NCBI GenBank assembly: GCA_041651455.1
Contig: JBAZJG010000001.1
Span: forward strand, 146,535 to 210,534
Direction: 5' to 3'
Source of the DNA: Candidatus Omnitrophota bacterium
Lineage (GTDB): Bacteria > Omnitrophota > Gorgyraeia > Pluralincolimonadales > Pluralincolimonadaceae
Length of the DNA: 64,000 nt
The position numbers and the translations under genes are program-made. The notes under the pieces are model-generated. The model saw only the letters and a program-made list of their open reading frames with translations, did not search any database and was not told where the DNA came from. The stretch's first letter is position 1. Every line of letters starts with the position of its first letter. Positions 9,714-19,340 of this stretch are shown piece after piece.

Positions 9714-10396
9714 AACCCGTCATCTCGGCCATAGTGATGGCATACAACGAGGCGGCGAGCATAGATGACACATGCCGCGAGATACACGGAGAATTATCCC
9801 GCATCGGAGACCCGTTCGAGCTCCTTATCATAGACGACGGCAGCACCGACGGGACGTCCGCGAAGGCCGACGCTATAGCTGTTTCACTGCCGTACTGCAG
9901 GGTCGTGCACCATGCGGTAAATTCGGGGCTCGGGGGCGTATACAGGACGGGCTTCTCGGCTGCAGCAGGTAATTATGTTACGTTCTTCCCGGCCGACGGG
10001 CAATTCCCCGCGGATATAATAGGGAAGTTCAGGCCCATGATGGCCGAATATGACATGGTACTCGGATACCTCCCGGAGAGGAAAGGGCAGGCGTTCGCGA
10101 AATTCCTGTCGAAGGCGGAGAGGTGCCTCTACGCCGCGCTGTTCGGAAAATTGCCGGTATTTCAGGGGGTAATGATGTTCAGGAGGGAACTGCCGGGTAT
10201 GTTCAGGCTGAAGTCATCCGGCAGGGGCTGGGCGGTCGTCATGGAGCTCATAATAAGGGTATCCCGCGCGGGTTTCAGGATAACGAGCGTCCCTACCGGA
10301 TACCGGCCGCGGAAAAGCGGCTCATCGAAGGTAAATAACCCGAGGAATATTATCGCAAACCTTCTCCAGGTCATCGTGCTAAGGTTCAATATATAA
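9710..10396 (+). CDS. GT2 polyprenyl-phosphate glycosyltransferase (DPM1-like, soluble)
   Basis: [11 protein letters not shown]...[12 protein letters not shown]. Short 228-aa DPM1-like architecture. Confidence 0.6.
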   Translation: MKPVISAIVMAYNEAASIDDTCREIHGELSRIGDPFELLIIDDGSTDGTSAKADAIAVSLPYCRVVHHAVNSGLGGVYRTGFSAAAGNYVTFFPADGQFPADIIGKFRPMMAEYDMVLGYLPERKGQAFAKFLSKAERCLYAALFGKLPVFQGVMMFRRELPGMFRLKSSGRGWAVVMELIIRVSRAGFRITSVPTGYRPRKSGSSKVNNPRNIIANLLQVIVLRFNI

Positions 10397-10397
10397 C

Positions 10398-11933
10398 ATG
10401 AAAAGGACCGTAGCCATAGCGCTGCTGTTGCTGATAAACCTTACGGCGCATTTCATGCCGTTCGAAAGGGCTGCGCTTGCTCCGGATGATTACGCGACGC
10501 TCGTAAGGTCGCTTCCGGCAGCGGAAGGCGGGGCCTCTCCCGTAAAGGCGTATGCCGACAGGCCCCTGAATTACGCGTTTTTGGCCTTTCAGGCAAAAAA
10601 CATAGGCGACAATGCCGGGCTTGCGTTCATCCTGCTGTTCCTGTCCGCCTGCGCGCTCCTGCTTGCCGTATTTATGCTGCTCGAAAGGATATTCGGGGAT
10701 ACAGCTGCGGCTTTCATAGGGGCGGCTGTATTCTGCCTGCTGCCGAACAAGCTTGAGACGTACCATACGCTTATATTCCTTAACATAAATCTCGTATCGC
10801 TTATATACGTCGTGAGTTTCGCGTTATTCATCGCACATGCCGGCACGGGCAGGAGGGGCGTCCTTCTTGCATCAGTGCTGTTGTACGCCGCGGGGATATT
10901 CTGGTACGAAGTGGGATTTTTCATGCCTTTGCTGATGTTATCCTATTGTTTCCTGGACAAGAGATGCAGGCCGGTATCGGTAATGCCTTTCATGGCGGCG
11001 GCGTTGTTTTATGCGGTCTACAGGTTCACGGGGGCTTACGGCATGGCCGCCGGGGCGGAAGGGCAGTCCCATTCCGTCTCATTGACTATGCTGCCGCTCA
11101 ACCTCAAGGAACTGTTCCATCATTATGCCGGCAGGTATGCGGCCCGCAGCGTATTATACGGTTTCTATAATTTCGCGGCTATGCAGACCGTATGGCTTGT
11201 CGCCGTATCGGCGGCGCTGATTGCGCTCATCGTTTCGGTGAGGTCCGCAGTCGCGGGCACTGGAACGCCGGAAATAAAAAAGGGCGTCCTGATGTTCGGG
11301 CTGGCAGCGTTCTTAACCATGATGCTGCCGATATTGTTCAATGACAAGGGAGGGATAGGCGGAAGGCACTTGATTCTTCCGTCGATAGGCGTGTCCATAA
11401 TGGCGGTGCCGGCGCTGATGTATGCGGGCAGGATGTGGAAACACATACTGATAGCGTTCATAGCGGTAATGTCGATCGTGGGAGCGGGGAATGCCTGGAC
11501 GCAGGTGGTCGCCTGCCGGATAAACGGCGCGGTGTTCGGGTATTTTAAGTCGAACATCCCGGCGCTGAGATCCGCAAAGGCCGTGGTAATAGATACGAAC
11601 AGTTTTGCCGAGAAGATCAAGTATACGCTGGTGAAGAGGGATTTCAACCTCTTTAACACATATTACGGCGCGCAGGCTTTCGAGGATTGGGGGCTCATAA
11701 GCATGGTAAGGTGGGCGGCAAAAGACAGAGGGAAAGAAGTATACATATCCATAAGCTCGCCGTATACCAAAAAGGGTGAGGTCAAGTTCTGCGTTTACGA
11801 ATATAAGGGATACCGTTCAAAGGACGTAAAGGACATACGCCTGCCCGCCGATGGGACGTTCGTGGTAGGAGCTAAAGAGGTATTCGGAGGCGATACGGAT
11901 GCAGGCATCAGAAAGCTGGGCATAAGGCAATGA
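10398..11933 (+). CDS. Polytopic membrane protein, GT-C-like glycosyltransferase candidate
   Basis: First-loop APDDYATL acidic motif then ...IGDNAGLAFILLFLSACALLLAVFMLLERIFG. More than 10 hydrophobic helices. C-terminal soluble domain. Confidence 0.45.
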   Translation: MKRTVAIALLLLINLTAHFMPFERAALAPDDYATLVRSLPAAEGGASPVKAYADRPLNYAFLAFQAKNIGDNAGLAFILLFLSACALLLAVFMLLERIFGDTAAAFIGAAVFCLLPNKLETYHTLIFLNINLVSLIYVVSFALFIAHAGTGRRGVLLASVLLYAAGIFWYEVGFFMPLLMLSYCFLDKRCRPVSVMPFMAAALFYAVYRFTGAYGMAAGAEGQSHSVSLTMLPLNLKELFHHYAGRYAARSVLYGFYNFAAMQTVWLVAVSAALIALIVSVRSAVAGTGTPEIKKGVLMFGLAAFLTMMLPILFNDKGGIGGRHLILPSIGVSIMAVPALMYAGRMWKHILIAFIAVMSIVGAGNAWTQVVACRINGAVFGYFKSNIPALRSAKAVVIDTNSFAEKIKYTLVKRDFNLFNTYYGAQAFEDWGLISMVRWAAKDRGKEVYISISSPYTKKGEVKFCVYEYKGYRSKDVKDIRLPADGTFVVGAKEVFGGDTDAGIRKLGIRQ

Positions 11934-13273
11934 AAAGGCTCTCGGTAAGGTTCCTGGCGGTCTGCGTAATGTTCGGCGCGTCGTATCTCATATCGCCGGG
12001 CCTCGCGGTATGCATATTGCTGTCCTCGGTGTTCTTTTACGCGATCCGAAGGAATACGGGCGAAGAGGACAGGAGGTTCGTATTATTCGTCTTATCGGTC
12101 GCTATCCTTATTAGGGCTGCGACACTAATTACGTTACAGTACAAGTGTATCTCGATGAACCAGCTGGATATATTCGGTGACGCGCAGGATAATATAATAC
12201 AGGGGATAAATATCAGCGAGTCCATCAGGCATATAAGGGACATCCCCGTGACGTTCCAATCGATTCTATCTAGCAGGTACAATACGCATTCGATGACCAT
12301 ATTCAACGGTATGTACTTCCTGCTGCTCGGTAACGATATCGTGTCGCTGAAATATATCAATGTGCTGGCGATATGCGCTACGGCTTGGTTGGCATATGAC
12401 ATCGCGAAGAAAATATATTCTTCAACGGCCGGCAGGATAGCGCTTATGATCGTGCTGTTCTGGCCAACGTCATTCCTGTGGTCGGTCACGGACCTTAAGG
12501 AAAGTCACCTGCTTTTCGCTATAACCTGCTCGTTTTGGCTGCTGTACAAGGCGGAAAGTGAAAAGGGAGTGCTCAGGAAGATGGCGTTAACGGGGATGTC
12601 GGTGCTGTTCGCGTCCTATTTCGTGTTATTGAAGGTAAAGCTAATGATGCCTATATTTGTCCTGTCCGTGGCGCTGATAGCATTGCATAGGATATTGTAT
12701 TACGGATTCTCGAAGAACGCTGCCTTGTCAAGGAAAATGCTATATTTATCGGTCATCCCTTTAACGGTCATCTTCATATCGTTCGGCGGATGGATACAGC
12801 AGGCCATCAGGGAAATGTACGCGCTCATAATCCATTATCATATAGGGTTCCTTAACAGCGGCGGGTGGAATATTGACCTGATAGGAGACCAGGCACAGAA
12901 CCATTTTACGATACAATTTATAATTAGTTATATCTCGAAGGCGTGGTTATTTTTCCTTTTTGAACCGCTTCCATGGCACTTTTATTCGTTCTCCCTTATG
13001 GTTACTTACCCGATGATGATCGCATGGTATATCATCGTGGCGTATTCTGTTATCGGTATCGGGAGGATATATTACACGGGAAAAACAAAGAAGATATTTG
13101 CAATGATCGTATTCACGGTTATATATGTCACGGTCGTCGGGATGTCTGTGGCGAATATCGGGACCTTAATACGTTTCAGGGATGTAATTGTACCTATAGT
13201 CGCGGTATTCGCGGGGATAGGGCTGTCAGGGGTGTCGCGGGCGAAGGAGGAGAGATGCAGGAACATACGATAA
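11930..13273 (+). CDS. Polytopic membrane protein, GT-C-like glycosyltransferase or polymerase candidate
   Basis: LDIFGDAQDN loop motif then a hydrophobic core (YFLLLGNDIVSLKYINVLAICATAWLAYDIAKKIY). ~12 predicted helices. Confidence 0.4.
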   Translation: MKRLSVRFLAVCVMFGASYLISPGLAVCILLSSVFFYAIRRNTGEEDRRFVLFVLSVAILIRAATLITLQYKCISMNQLDIFGDAQDNIIQGINISESIRHIRDIPVTFQSILSSRYNTHSMTIFNGMYFLLLGNDIVSLKYINVLAICATAWLAYDIAKKIYSSTAGRIALMIVLFWPTSFLWSVTDLKESHLLFAITCSFWLLYKAESEKGVLRKMALTGMSVLFASYFVLLKVKLMMPIFVLSVALIALHRILYYGFSKNAALSRKMLYLSVIPLTVIFISFGGWIQQAIREMYALIIHYHIGFLNSGGWNIDLIGDQAQNHFTIQFIISYISKAWLFFLFEPLPWHFYSFSLMVTYPMMIAWYIIVAYSVIGIGRIYYTGKTKKIFAMIVFTVIYVTVVGMSVANIGTLIRFRDVIVPIVAVFAGIGLSGVSRAKEERCRNIR

Positions 13274-14706
13274 GGAAGGCCTTGATACCGGCGGCCGGGA
13301 AAGGCATAAGGGCATATCCTAAGAGCAGGTATATTCCGAAGACACTCCTCGAGATAGAAGGAAAACCCCTGATCGAGAATAATATAGCGATATTGAGGGA
13401 CCAGCTAGGGATAAAGGACATTACCGTAATCGTGGGGCACCTTGCCGATAAGATAAAGGCACGGCTCGGGGATGGGAGCCGGCTTGGGGTGTCGGTAAAG
13501 TACGTGGATTGCGGCGATCCCGACGAGGGCCTCGCGAAAGGCATACTGCTGGCAGAGAAGGAGTTCAACGAGCCGTTCATATGTATGCTGGGCGATGAGT
13601 ACTACTTCGGCTCCAACCATTCCGGGCTCGCGAAGATCCCTGCGGATGCCGGCTATGTCTGCGCGGTCAAACATTCGTCCGACATAAAGTCCATCAAGAA
13701 AAATTATAACGTCGAGATAGAGGGCGGGTTCGTCAGCAGGATAATCGAGAAGCCGGCCGAGATCAGGCAATGGAACCTCGGGTGCGGGACATACCTGCTT
13801 AGGCCCGAGATATTCGGCCTGATACGCAGGACAAAGCCGTCCCACAGGAGCCATAAGGTCGAATTCATGGATTCGCTCGACCTCGCCGTGCAGGAAGGCG
13901 CGAAGGTGAAGCCGTACTACCTCGAAGGCATATACTATAACATCAATACCATCGAAGACGTGAACCAGTGCAATTATGATATCCGTTCGCTGAATTTCGG
14001 CAAATACAAGGTAAGCGTCGTGATACCCGCGCATAATGAGGAAGCGACCATAGCTACCGTCATCGAGGACCTGCGGCAGCACGTCGACGAGGTGCTTGTA
14101 GTCAATAACGGCTCGAACGACAGGACCTCCGAGGTCAGCAGGAAGGCCGGCGCGAGAGTCGAGGAGGTCTCGTTGAAGGGCTACGGCGACACTATAAAGC
14201 ACGGCCTCGAAAAGGCGTCCGGCGACATATTCATCGTGACCGAGGCGGATTATTCGTTCCGGTCTAAGGATATAGGCAAGTTCCTCGAGTACATAAAAGA
14301 TGCCGACATGGTCATTGGCACGCGGACGACGCGGCAGCTCGTTGAACAGGGGGCGAACATGAGCCTGATGCTGCTGCTCGGGAACCTTGTATACGCGAAG
14401 ATAGTCGAGATCCTCTGGTGGGGCATCGACCCGCCGCGTTTTACCGATGTCGGCTGCACCTACAGGGCCATTTGGAAGAGCTCTTTCGAGAAGATAAAAG
14501 GCGACCTGAGGTCTACGGGGCCGGAATTTTCCGTCGAGATGATGATAAAGACGCTCAAATACAAACTGCGCGTCCTTGAGATACCGATATCGTATTACCC
14601 GCGCCTCGAAGGCGTATCGAAACATTCGAAGAACTGGTTCGGCATCCTGAGGACCGCCTCGAGGATGATGCGCCTTATAATAAGAGAAAGGCTGGACAAC
14701 AGGTGA
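13255..14706 (+). CDS. Two-domain fusion: an N-terminal sugar-1-phosphate nucleotidyltransferase domain and a C-terminal GT2 (DPM1-like) domain
   Basis: LIPAAGKGIRAYPKSRYIPKTLLEIEGKPLI is the NTP-transferase G-loop. From ~aa 250: VSVVIPAHNEEATI...LVVNNGSNDRTSE...TEADYSF, a GT2 domain. ATG at 13255 with an AAGGAGG RBS. The longer 12973 start is rejected because it overlaps the upstream membrane-protein gene for 300 nt. Confidence 0.6.
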   Translation: MQEHTIRKALIPAAGKGIRAYPKSRYIPKTLLEIEGKPLIENNIAILRDQLGIKDITVIVGHLADKIKARLGDGSRLGVSVKYVDCGDPDEGLAKGILLAEKEFNEPFICMLGDEYYFGSNHSGLAKIPADAGYVCAVKHSSDIKSIKKNYNVEIEGGFVSRIIEKPAEIRQWNLGCGTYLLRPEIFGLIRRTKPSHRSHKVEFMDSLDLAVQEGAKVKPYYLEGIYYNINTIEDVNQCNYDIRSLNFGKYKVSVVIPAHNEEATIATVIEDLRQHVDEVLVVNNGSNDRTSEVSRKAGARVEEVSLKGYGDTIKHGLEKASGDIFIVTEADYSFRSKDIGKFLEYIKDADMVIGTRTTRQLVEQGANMSLMLLLGNLVYAKIVEILWWGIDPPRFTDVGCTYRAIWKSSFEKIKGDLRSTGPEFSVEMMIKTLKYKLRVLEIPISYYPRLEGVSKHSKNWFGILRTASRMMRLIIRERLDNR

Positions 14707-16151
14707 AGCGCGCGATAAGGAAAGCGCTGCTCTGCTATCCGCCGGTGGGGCTGTTCCAGAGGGGCGAGGAGAGGTGCCAGGCGGATATCGAGGGCTCGGC
14801 GACACAGGCGCCTCATGCACCGAACGACCTCGGGTATATCGCAGCGTGCCTCGGGAGGCTCGGGACCGGATGCGTCATAAGGGATTATCCGGCCGAGGGG
14901 ACGACCGAAGAGGCGGTACTGGAAGAGGTAAAGGCATACTCGCCGGACCTTGTGCTTATCAGTACGACTACGCCTACGTTCCCCGAGGATGTCCGGTTCC
15001 TCGAAAAAGTGAAGTCGGCGCTGCCGGGCGCGTTTACCGTCGCGAAGGGAAGCTGTTTCTGCTCGCTTCCTCTGGATGAACTGCGGAAGAGCGAATACAA
15101 GCCGCTCGACGCTGCCATTTACGGGGAAGCCGAGTTCATAATAGAAGACCTTGTGAATGCTCTCGCAGCGGGCGAGCCTATCGACGGCATAAGCGGGATA
15201 ATAGTAAATATAGGCGATAGGGGTGCGGCAAGGACCGCGCGCCCCCAGTTCCGCGAAGACCTCGATTCCCTTCCGTTCCCGGCGAGGGGCCTGATGAATA
15301 ACGGGCTCTACAGGAACCCGCTTACCGGCAGGCCGATGGCTACGATCCTTGTGTCCCGCGGGTGCCCGTCCCAGTGCATATTCTGCCTAACCCCGGTCAT
15401 ATCCGGGCATAAGTTCAGGAAGAGGTCCGTCGGCAACGTCCTCGATGAGATAAGGGATTGCGTCAAGAATTACGGCATCAGGGATTTCTTCTTCCGCGCC
15501 GACACCTTTACCATGGATAATGGATACGTGAAACAGCTGTGCGGCAGGATAATCGGGGAAGGCCTCAAGATAACATGGGTGGCCAACAGCAGGGCCGACG
15601 TCGTGGACAAGGAACTGCTCGCGGTGATGAAAGCGGCGGGATGCGCGCTCGTAGCGTTCGGGTTCGAGTCCGGCAACGAGGATATACAGCGCAAGGTCAA
15701 GAAGAACGCTTCCGCGGATGACGCGCGCCGCGCGGTAAGGTTATGCAAGGAAGCCGGCCTGAAGACACTCGGGTTCTTTATGATAGGTTTCCCTTGGGAC
15801 GACGAGAAGACGGTAGAGGACACGGCCGCTCTCGCAAGGGAGCTCGACTGCGATTTCATAGAAGTGCATATAGCGCTGCCGTTCGAGGGCACGGAGCTTA
15901 ACGACATATGCCGGGACCTCGGGCTAATAAAGGAGACATCGGTCGGGTACAACTATTTCTCCAATCCGTACGGCGGCGGGACACTGCACCTTAGCAGTGA
16001 ACGCCTGGTGCAACTCAGGAAGGATATCATAAAGAGGCAGTACCTGCGGCTGCCGTACATATTCCGCATGCTTACGAACTGCGGCTCTTTTTATGAATTC
16101 ATGAACTATATAAAGTACGGTTTCAGGCTCATCGGAAAGGTCGCGCGTTGA
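14703..16151 (+). CDS. B12-binding-domain radical SAM enzyme (class B; probable cobalamin-dependent methyltransferase)
   Basis: N-terminal B12-binding-like Rossmann domain. CPSQCIFC (CxxxCxxC) radical SAM motif. GTG start overlapping the upstream stop (GTGA). Confidence 0.7.
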   Translation: MKRAIRKALLCYPPVGLFQRGEERCQADIEGSATQAPHAPNDLGYIAACLGRLGTGCVIRDYPAEGTTEEAVLEEVKAYSPDLVLISTTTPTFPEDVRFLEKVKSALPGAFTVAKGSCFCSLPLDELRKSEYKPLDAAIYGEAEFIIEDLVNALAAGEPIDGISGIIVNIGDRGAARTARPQFREDLDSLPFPARGLMNNGLYRNPLTGRPMATILVSRGCPSQCIFCLTPVISGHKFRKRSVGNVLDEIRDCVKNYGIRDFFFRADTFTMDNGYVKQLCGRIIGEGLKITWVANSRADVVDKELLAVMKAAGCALVAFGFESGNEDIQRKVKKNASADDARRAVRLCKEAGLKTLGFFMIGFPWDDEKTVEDTAALARELDCDFIEVHIALPFEGTELNDICRDLGLIKETSVGYNYFSNPYGGGTLHLSSERLVQLRKDIIKRQYLRLPYIFRMLTNCGSFYEFMNYIKYGFRLIGKVAR

Positions 16152-17278
16152 GGAAGATATCGTTACCGGCATATGAGGCCTCGCGCTGCCGCCTGTACGC
16201 GCTGGGCAGGAACGCGATGTATGCCGCGTGCAGGGCCTTCGGCCTGAAGGAGGGCGACGAAATATTGACGCCCGCATTCGATTGCGACGGGTCCCTGCAG
16301 CCGTTCAGGGCGCTCGGGCTGAAACTGAAGTTTTACCGCTCGGACCCGTACACCTTCGAGGCGGATACGGGCGATATGGAGAAAAGGATGGGACCGTCAA
16401 CAAGGATGGTCCACGTAATCAACCATTTCGGGATGCCCCAGCCGTGGGGCAGGATAAAGGGGATCTGCGGGGCCTTAAGGGTCCCTGTCATGGAGGACTG
16501 CGCATATTCGCTGTTCTCAGACGGATTCGGAACGAACGGCGACGCCGCGATATTCTCGCTGAGGAAGAACCTGCCGATGGTAGACGGCGGGATGCTCCGT
16601 ATGAACAACGGAAATTTCGCGCTGGGCCGTCAGGCAGAACGCGCGCCTCTGTTCTACAGGACGGAATCGGCAAATGTCCTGACATTGATCAAATCGGCCA
16701 TGGGATATTATAAGGCGCCCGAAGGGCTCAGGCGTATTCTAAGGAAGGCCAATCCCGCGGTGGAACCTCCTCCGCCTTTGTATTCGGAGAAGGAGAAAGG
16801 GTATCCCGAGTGGCCCCTGCGCGACCATACGGGGGAAGAGTTTAGCTGCGGCTATGAAAGGCCCATCTCCGCGCTGGCGAGGTTCCAGCTGGAAGGCCTG
16901 CCGGAAGGATATTATAAAAATGCCGCGGAGACGAAACGGCGTTATTATTCGGAGCTCGCCGGGAAGTTCGCCGGATTGAACGGGATACGGGTTCTCTGGC
17001 CGGAACTTCCGGAAGGCATAGTCCCTTTTTGCCTTTCCGTATTAATTAACCGGGACAGGGACCGCATTTTCGCGGAATTGAGGAAGAAATATGATGTGAT
17101 GGCCTGGCCGACGCTTTCGCGGGAAGTCATCGACCGGCTTGGCGAATACCCGGAAGTGGAGATCCTCGGCAGGAAGGTCCTGCAGTTCAACCTGTCGGCA
17201 GACAAGGTCATGAGGCGGGATTACCCGCAGTATATAGGCAGGCTCGCGGACGATTTTACCGCGTTAACGGTGAGATAG
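16148..17278 (+). CDS. DegT/DnrJ/EryC1-type PLP-dependent sugar aminotransferase-like protein with a shortened N-terminus
   Basis: GRNAMYAACRAFGLKEGDEILTPAFDCDGSL...LKLKFY matches the DegT GRSAL...GDEVI.P.FTF motif but begins at aa ~18. A possible catalytic Lys is in FSLRKNLP. TTG start (TTGA overlap). Confidence 0.5.
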   Translation: MRKISLPAYEASRCRLYALGRNAMYAACRAFGLKEGDEILTPAFDCDGSLQPFRALGLKLKFYRSDPYTFEADTGDMEKRMGPSTRMVHVINHFGMPQPWGRIKGICGALRVPVMEDCAYSLFSDGFGTNGDAAIFSLRKNLPMVDGGMLRMNNGNFALGRQAERAPLFYRTESANVLTLIKSAMGYYKAPEGLRRILRKANPAVEPPPPLYSEKEKGYPEWPLRDHTGEEFSCGYERPISALARFQLEGLPEGYYKNAAETKRRYYSELAGKFAGLNGIRVLWPELPEGIVPFCLSVLINRDRDRIFAELRKKYDVMAWPTLSREVIDRLGEYPEVEILGRKVLQFNLSADKVMRRDYPQYIGRLADDFTALTVR

Positions 17279-18379
17279 ATGGAATACCGCTGGATCGAGG
17301 ATATAGAGGATTTCAGGAAGATAGCGGGAGAATGGGACATGCTCGCCTCCAGCGGAGACTCGCACCCTTTCCTGCTTTCGGATTTCATAATAACGTGGTG
17401 GAAGTACTTCGGGAAAGGCAAGAAACTCAGGATATTCGTCGTCGAAGAGGGCGGTAAGGTCAAAGGAGGCCTGCCGTTATGCCTGAACAGGGGCGGCGCA
17501 AGGGAGGGTTTCGCGGATTTCCTCCATTACATAGGAGAGGTCGCCGCGAATTACACGGAGCCGCTTTATTCAAACGGGAAGCAGGAGATATTCCCGTTGC
17601 TGGCCCTAGCGCTTTCAGAGAGGAACGACTGGGATGTTTTTTGCCTGACCGATATCAGGGAAGGCAACCGGTTCCTGAAGGAGCTCAAAGGCGCAACGGG
17701 GCAGAAGGGTTGTTCGATATTCCTCATAAGCGACCATATGAACTACGCGATCGACCTTGGCAAGGGGCTTGAAAGCTACCTCTCGTCCTTATCTCCTAAA
17801 CTAAAGAGGGACCTGAGGTCGAAGCGAAAGCATCTCACGCAGAAATGCGGGGCGATAACGCTCGAAAGGGCCTCGGGCGAAAAGGAAGTAGGGGCAAGCG
17901 CCGCCCTTTACAAGGAGTTCTCAAGGGAAGCGTTCGCAGCGAGGAACAGGAAGAGCAATTTCGAGAACGACAAATACGCGGATTTCTTCGGGGAATTCCT
18001 CGTCCTGATGGAAAAGGCCGGCCGTCTGGACGCGCACCTGCTCAAGGCGGGAGATACCGTGCTTGCTATTAGCTTCGCGTACAGGTTCGGCAGGGGTTTC
18101 AACTGGGTCCTTACGGCGTTCGATTACAAATATAAATATTACAGGCCGGGATATATCCTCATAGAGGAATTATTGAAGGAGATATGCGACAGGGGCGAGA
18201 CATATTACAACTGGTACGGGCACGGGCGCTTTTACAAGGACCAGCTCTGCAACCTGCTTGAGCCCCTGTATAAGGTAATGATGGTAAGGAAGACGTTAAA
18301 AGGTTCGTCGTACCTGCTGTCGCAAAAAGCCAAGAAGGCGGTCAAGTACCTGAAAGGGCTGGTCGACGGTGCAAAATAA
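17279..18379 (+). CDS. GNAT-fold acyltransferase of the CelD/BcsL (FemAB-like, Acetyltransf_6) type
   Basis: 366 aa. The C-terminal core LTAFDYKYKYYRPGYILIEELLKEICDRGETYYNWYGHG is typical of this family. Confidence 0.5.
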   Translation: MEYRWIEDIEDFRKIAGEWDMLASSGDSHPFLLSDFIITWWKYFGKGKKLRIFVVEEGGKVKGGLPLCLNRGGAREGFADFLHYIGEVAANYTEPLYSNGKQEIFPLLALALSERNDWDVFCLTDIREGNRFLKELKGATGQKGCSIFLISDHMNYAIDLGKGLESYLSSLSPKLKRDLRSKRKHLTQKCGAITLERASGEKEVGASAALYKEFSREAFAARNRKSNFENDKYADFFGEFLVLMEKAGRLDAHLLKAGDTVLAISFAYRFGRGFNWVLTAFDYKYKYYRPGYILIEELLKEICDRGETYYNWYGHGRFYKDQLCNLLEPLYKVMMVRKTLKGSSYLLSQKAKKAVKYLKGLVDGAK

Positions 18380-19340
18380 CCCGGTACGCCGCCGCCTGCG
18401 CAGGGATTACCATGCGGTGAGGCGCGTCGTCACGCATGTAAAAAATGCGCTTACGGACCCTTCGCCGAAACTCATAGTCCTTACATACCACAGGATATTG
18501 CCTGACTCAGGGCACAATCCGCTTAATACGGCCGTGTCTGAGCGCACCTTCATAAGGCATGTCGAGGGCGTTGCAAGGAAAGCGGGCATAATATCGCTGT
18601 CGGACGCGGCCGAACAGTGCAGGACCGGCCGCATCAAGCGGGCCCTGCAGGCGGTAATAAGCTTTGACGACGGGTATTCGGATAATTACGGGACGGCCTT
18701 CCCGTTATTGAAACGCAAGGGCTTGCCGGCGGTATTCTCCGTTTCGACCGGTTATATCGGCGCAGGCCGCCCGCTGTGGGATTCCGACGTGATAATGAGG
18801 ATAATCCGCGGTAATATAGGCCGCATAGACGCCGGAGGTTTCACTGCCGCAAGAGGCATGCCGGAATCGGCGTGTTCTTTCGCGTTCAGGGTCTTTGATG
18901 AGCTGAAGTCGAAGGACTTCACGGTGATAGGGAAAGTCCTGGAATTCCTGGTGGAGAAGGACCCGGGATACAGCAACGAAGAAGGGCACTGCATGACGTG
19001 GGAGCAGGTAAAGGAACTGTCCGATGCCGGGATGGAGATAGGGTCGCACGCAGTGACCCACAGGTCCCTCGCGAGGATACCTTTCGCTGAAGCGGAGTTC
19101 GAGGTGAACGCAAGCAAGGCCGAGATAGAGAAGAGGACCGGAAGGCGTTGCGCCCATTTCGCGTTCCCATTCGGGAGCGCAAGGGATTATAACGCAGGAC
19201 TGATAGAATGCGTAAAGAAGGCCGGGTACGGGACCTGCCTGCTCAATATACACGGCTACAACAGGATGACCGATGGCGTTTTCGCGCTGAAGAGGGCTAT
19301 AATGGAAGAAGATACGGACGTGAGGTTCATACTTGGCTGA
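18369..19340 (+). CDS. Polysaccharide deacetylase (NodB/CE4 domain)
   Basis: ISFDDGYSDNY...PAVFSV NodB motifs 1-2. HAVTHRSL is the His motif. GTG start. Confidence 0.65.
   Translation: MQNNPVRRRLRRDYHAVRRVVTHVKNALTDPSPKLIVLTYHRILPDSGHNPLNTAVSERTFIRHVEGVARKAGIISLSDAAEQCRTGRIKRALQAVISFDDGYSDNYGTAFPLLKRKGLPAVFSVSTGYIGAGRPLWDSDVIMRIIRGNIGRIDAGGFTAARGMPESACSFAFRVFDELKSKDFTVIGKVLEFLVEKDPGYSNEEGHCMTWEQVKELSDAGMEIGSHAVTHRSLARIPFAEAEFEVNASKAEIEKRTGRRCAHFAFPFGSARDYNAGLIECVKKAGYGTCLLNIHGYNRMTDGVFALKRAIMEEDTDVRFILG

Noticed and set aside
12973-13254. Upstream extension of the fusion gene to the ATG at 12973
   Set aside because: It would overlap the preceding membrane-protein gene by 300 nt and encodes low-complexity Cys/Arg-rich sequence. 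The internal ATG at 13255 has an AAGGAGG RBS and begins exactly at the nucleotidyltransferase domain.
13405-14820. 471-aa minus-strand ORF
   Set aside because: Antisense to the nucleotidyltransferase-GT2 fusion. It has low-complexity composition and no motifs, so it is a shadow ORF.
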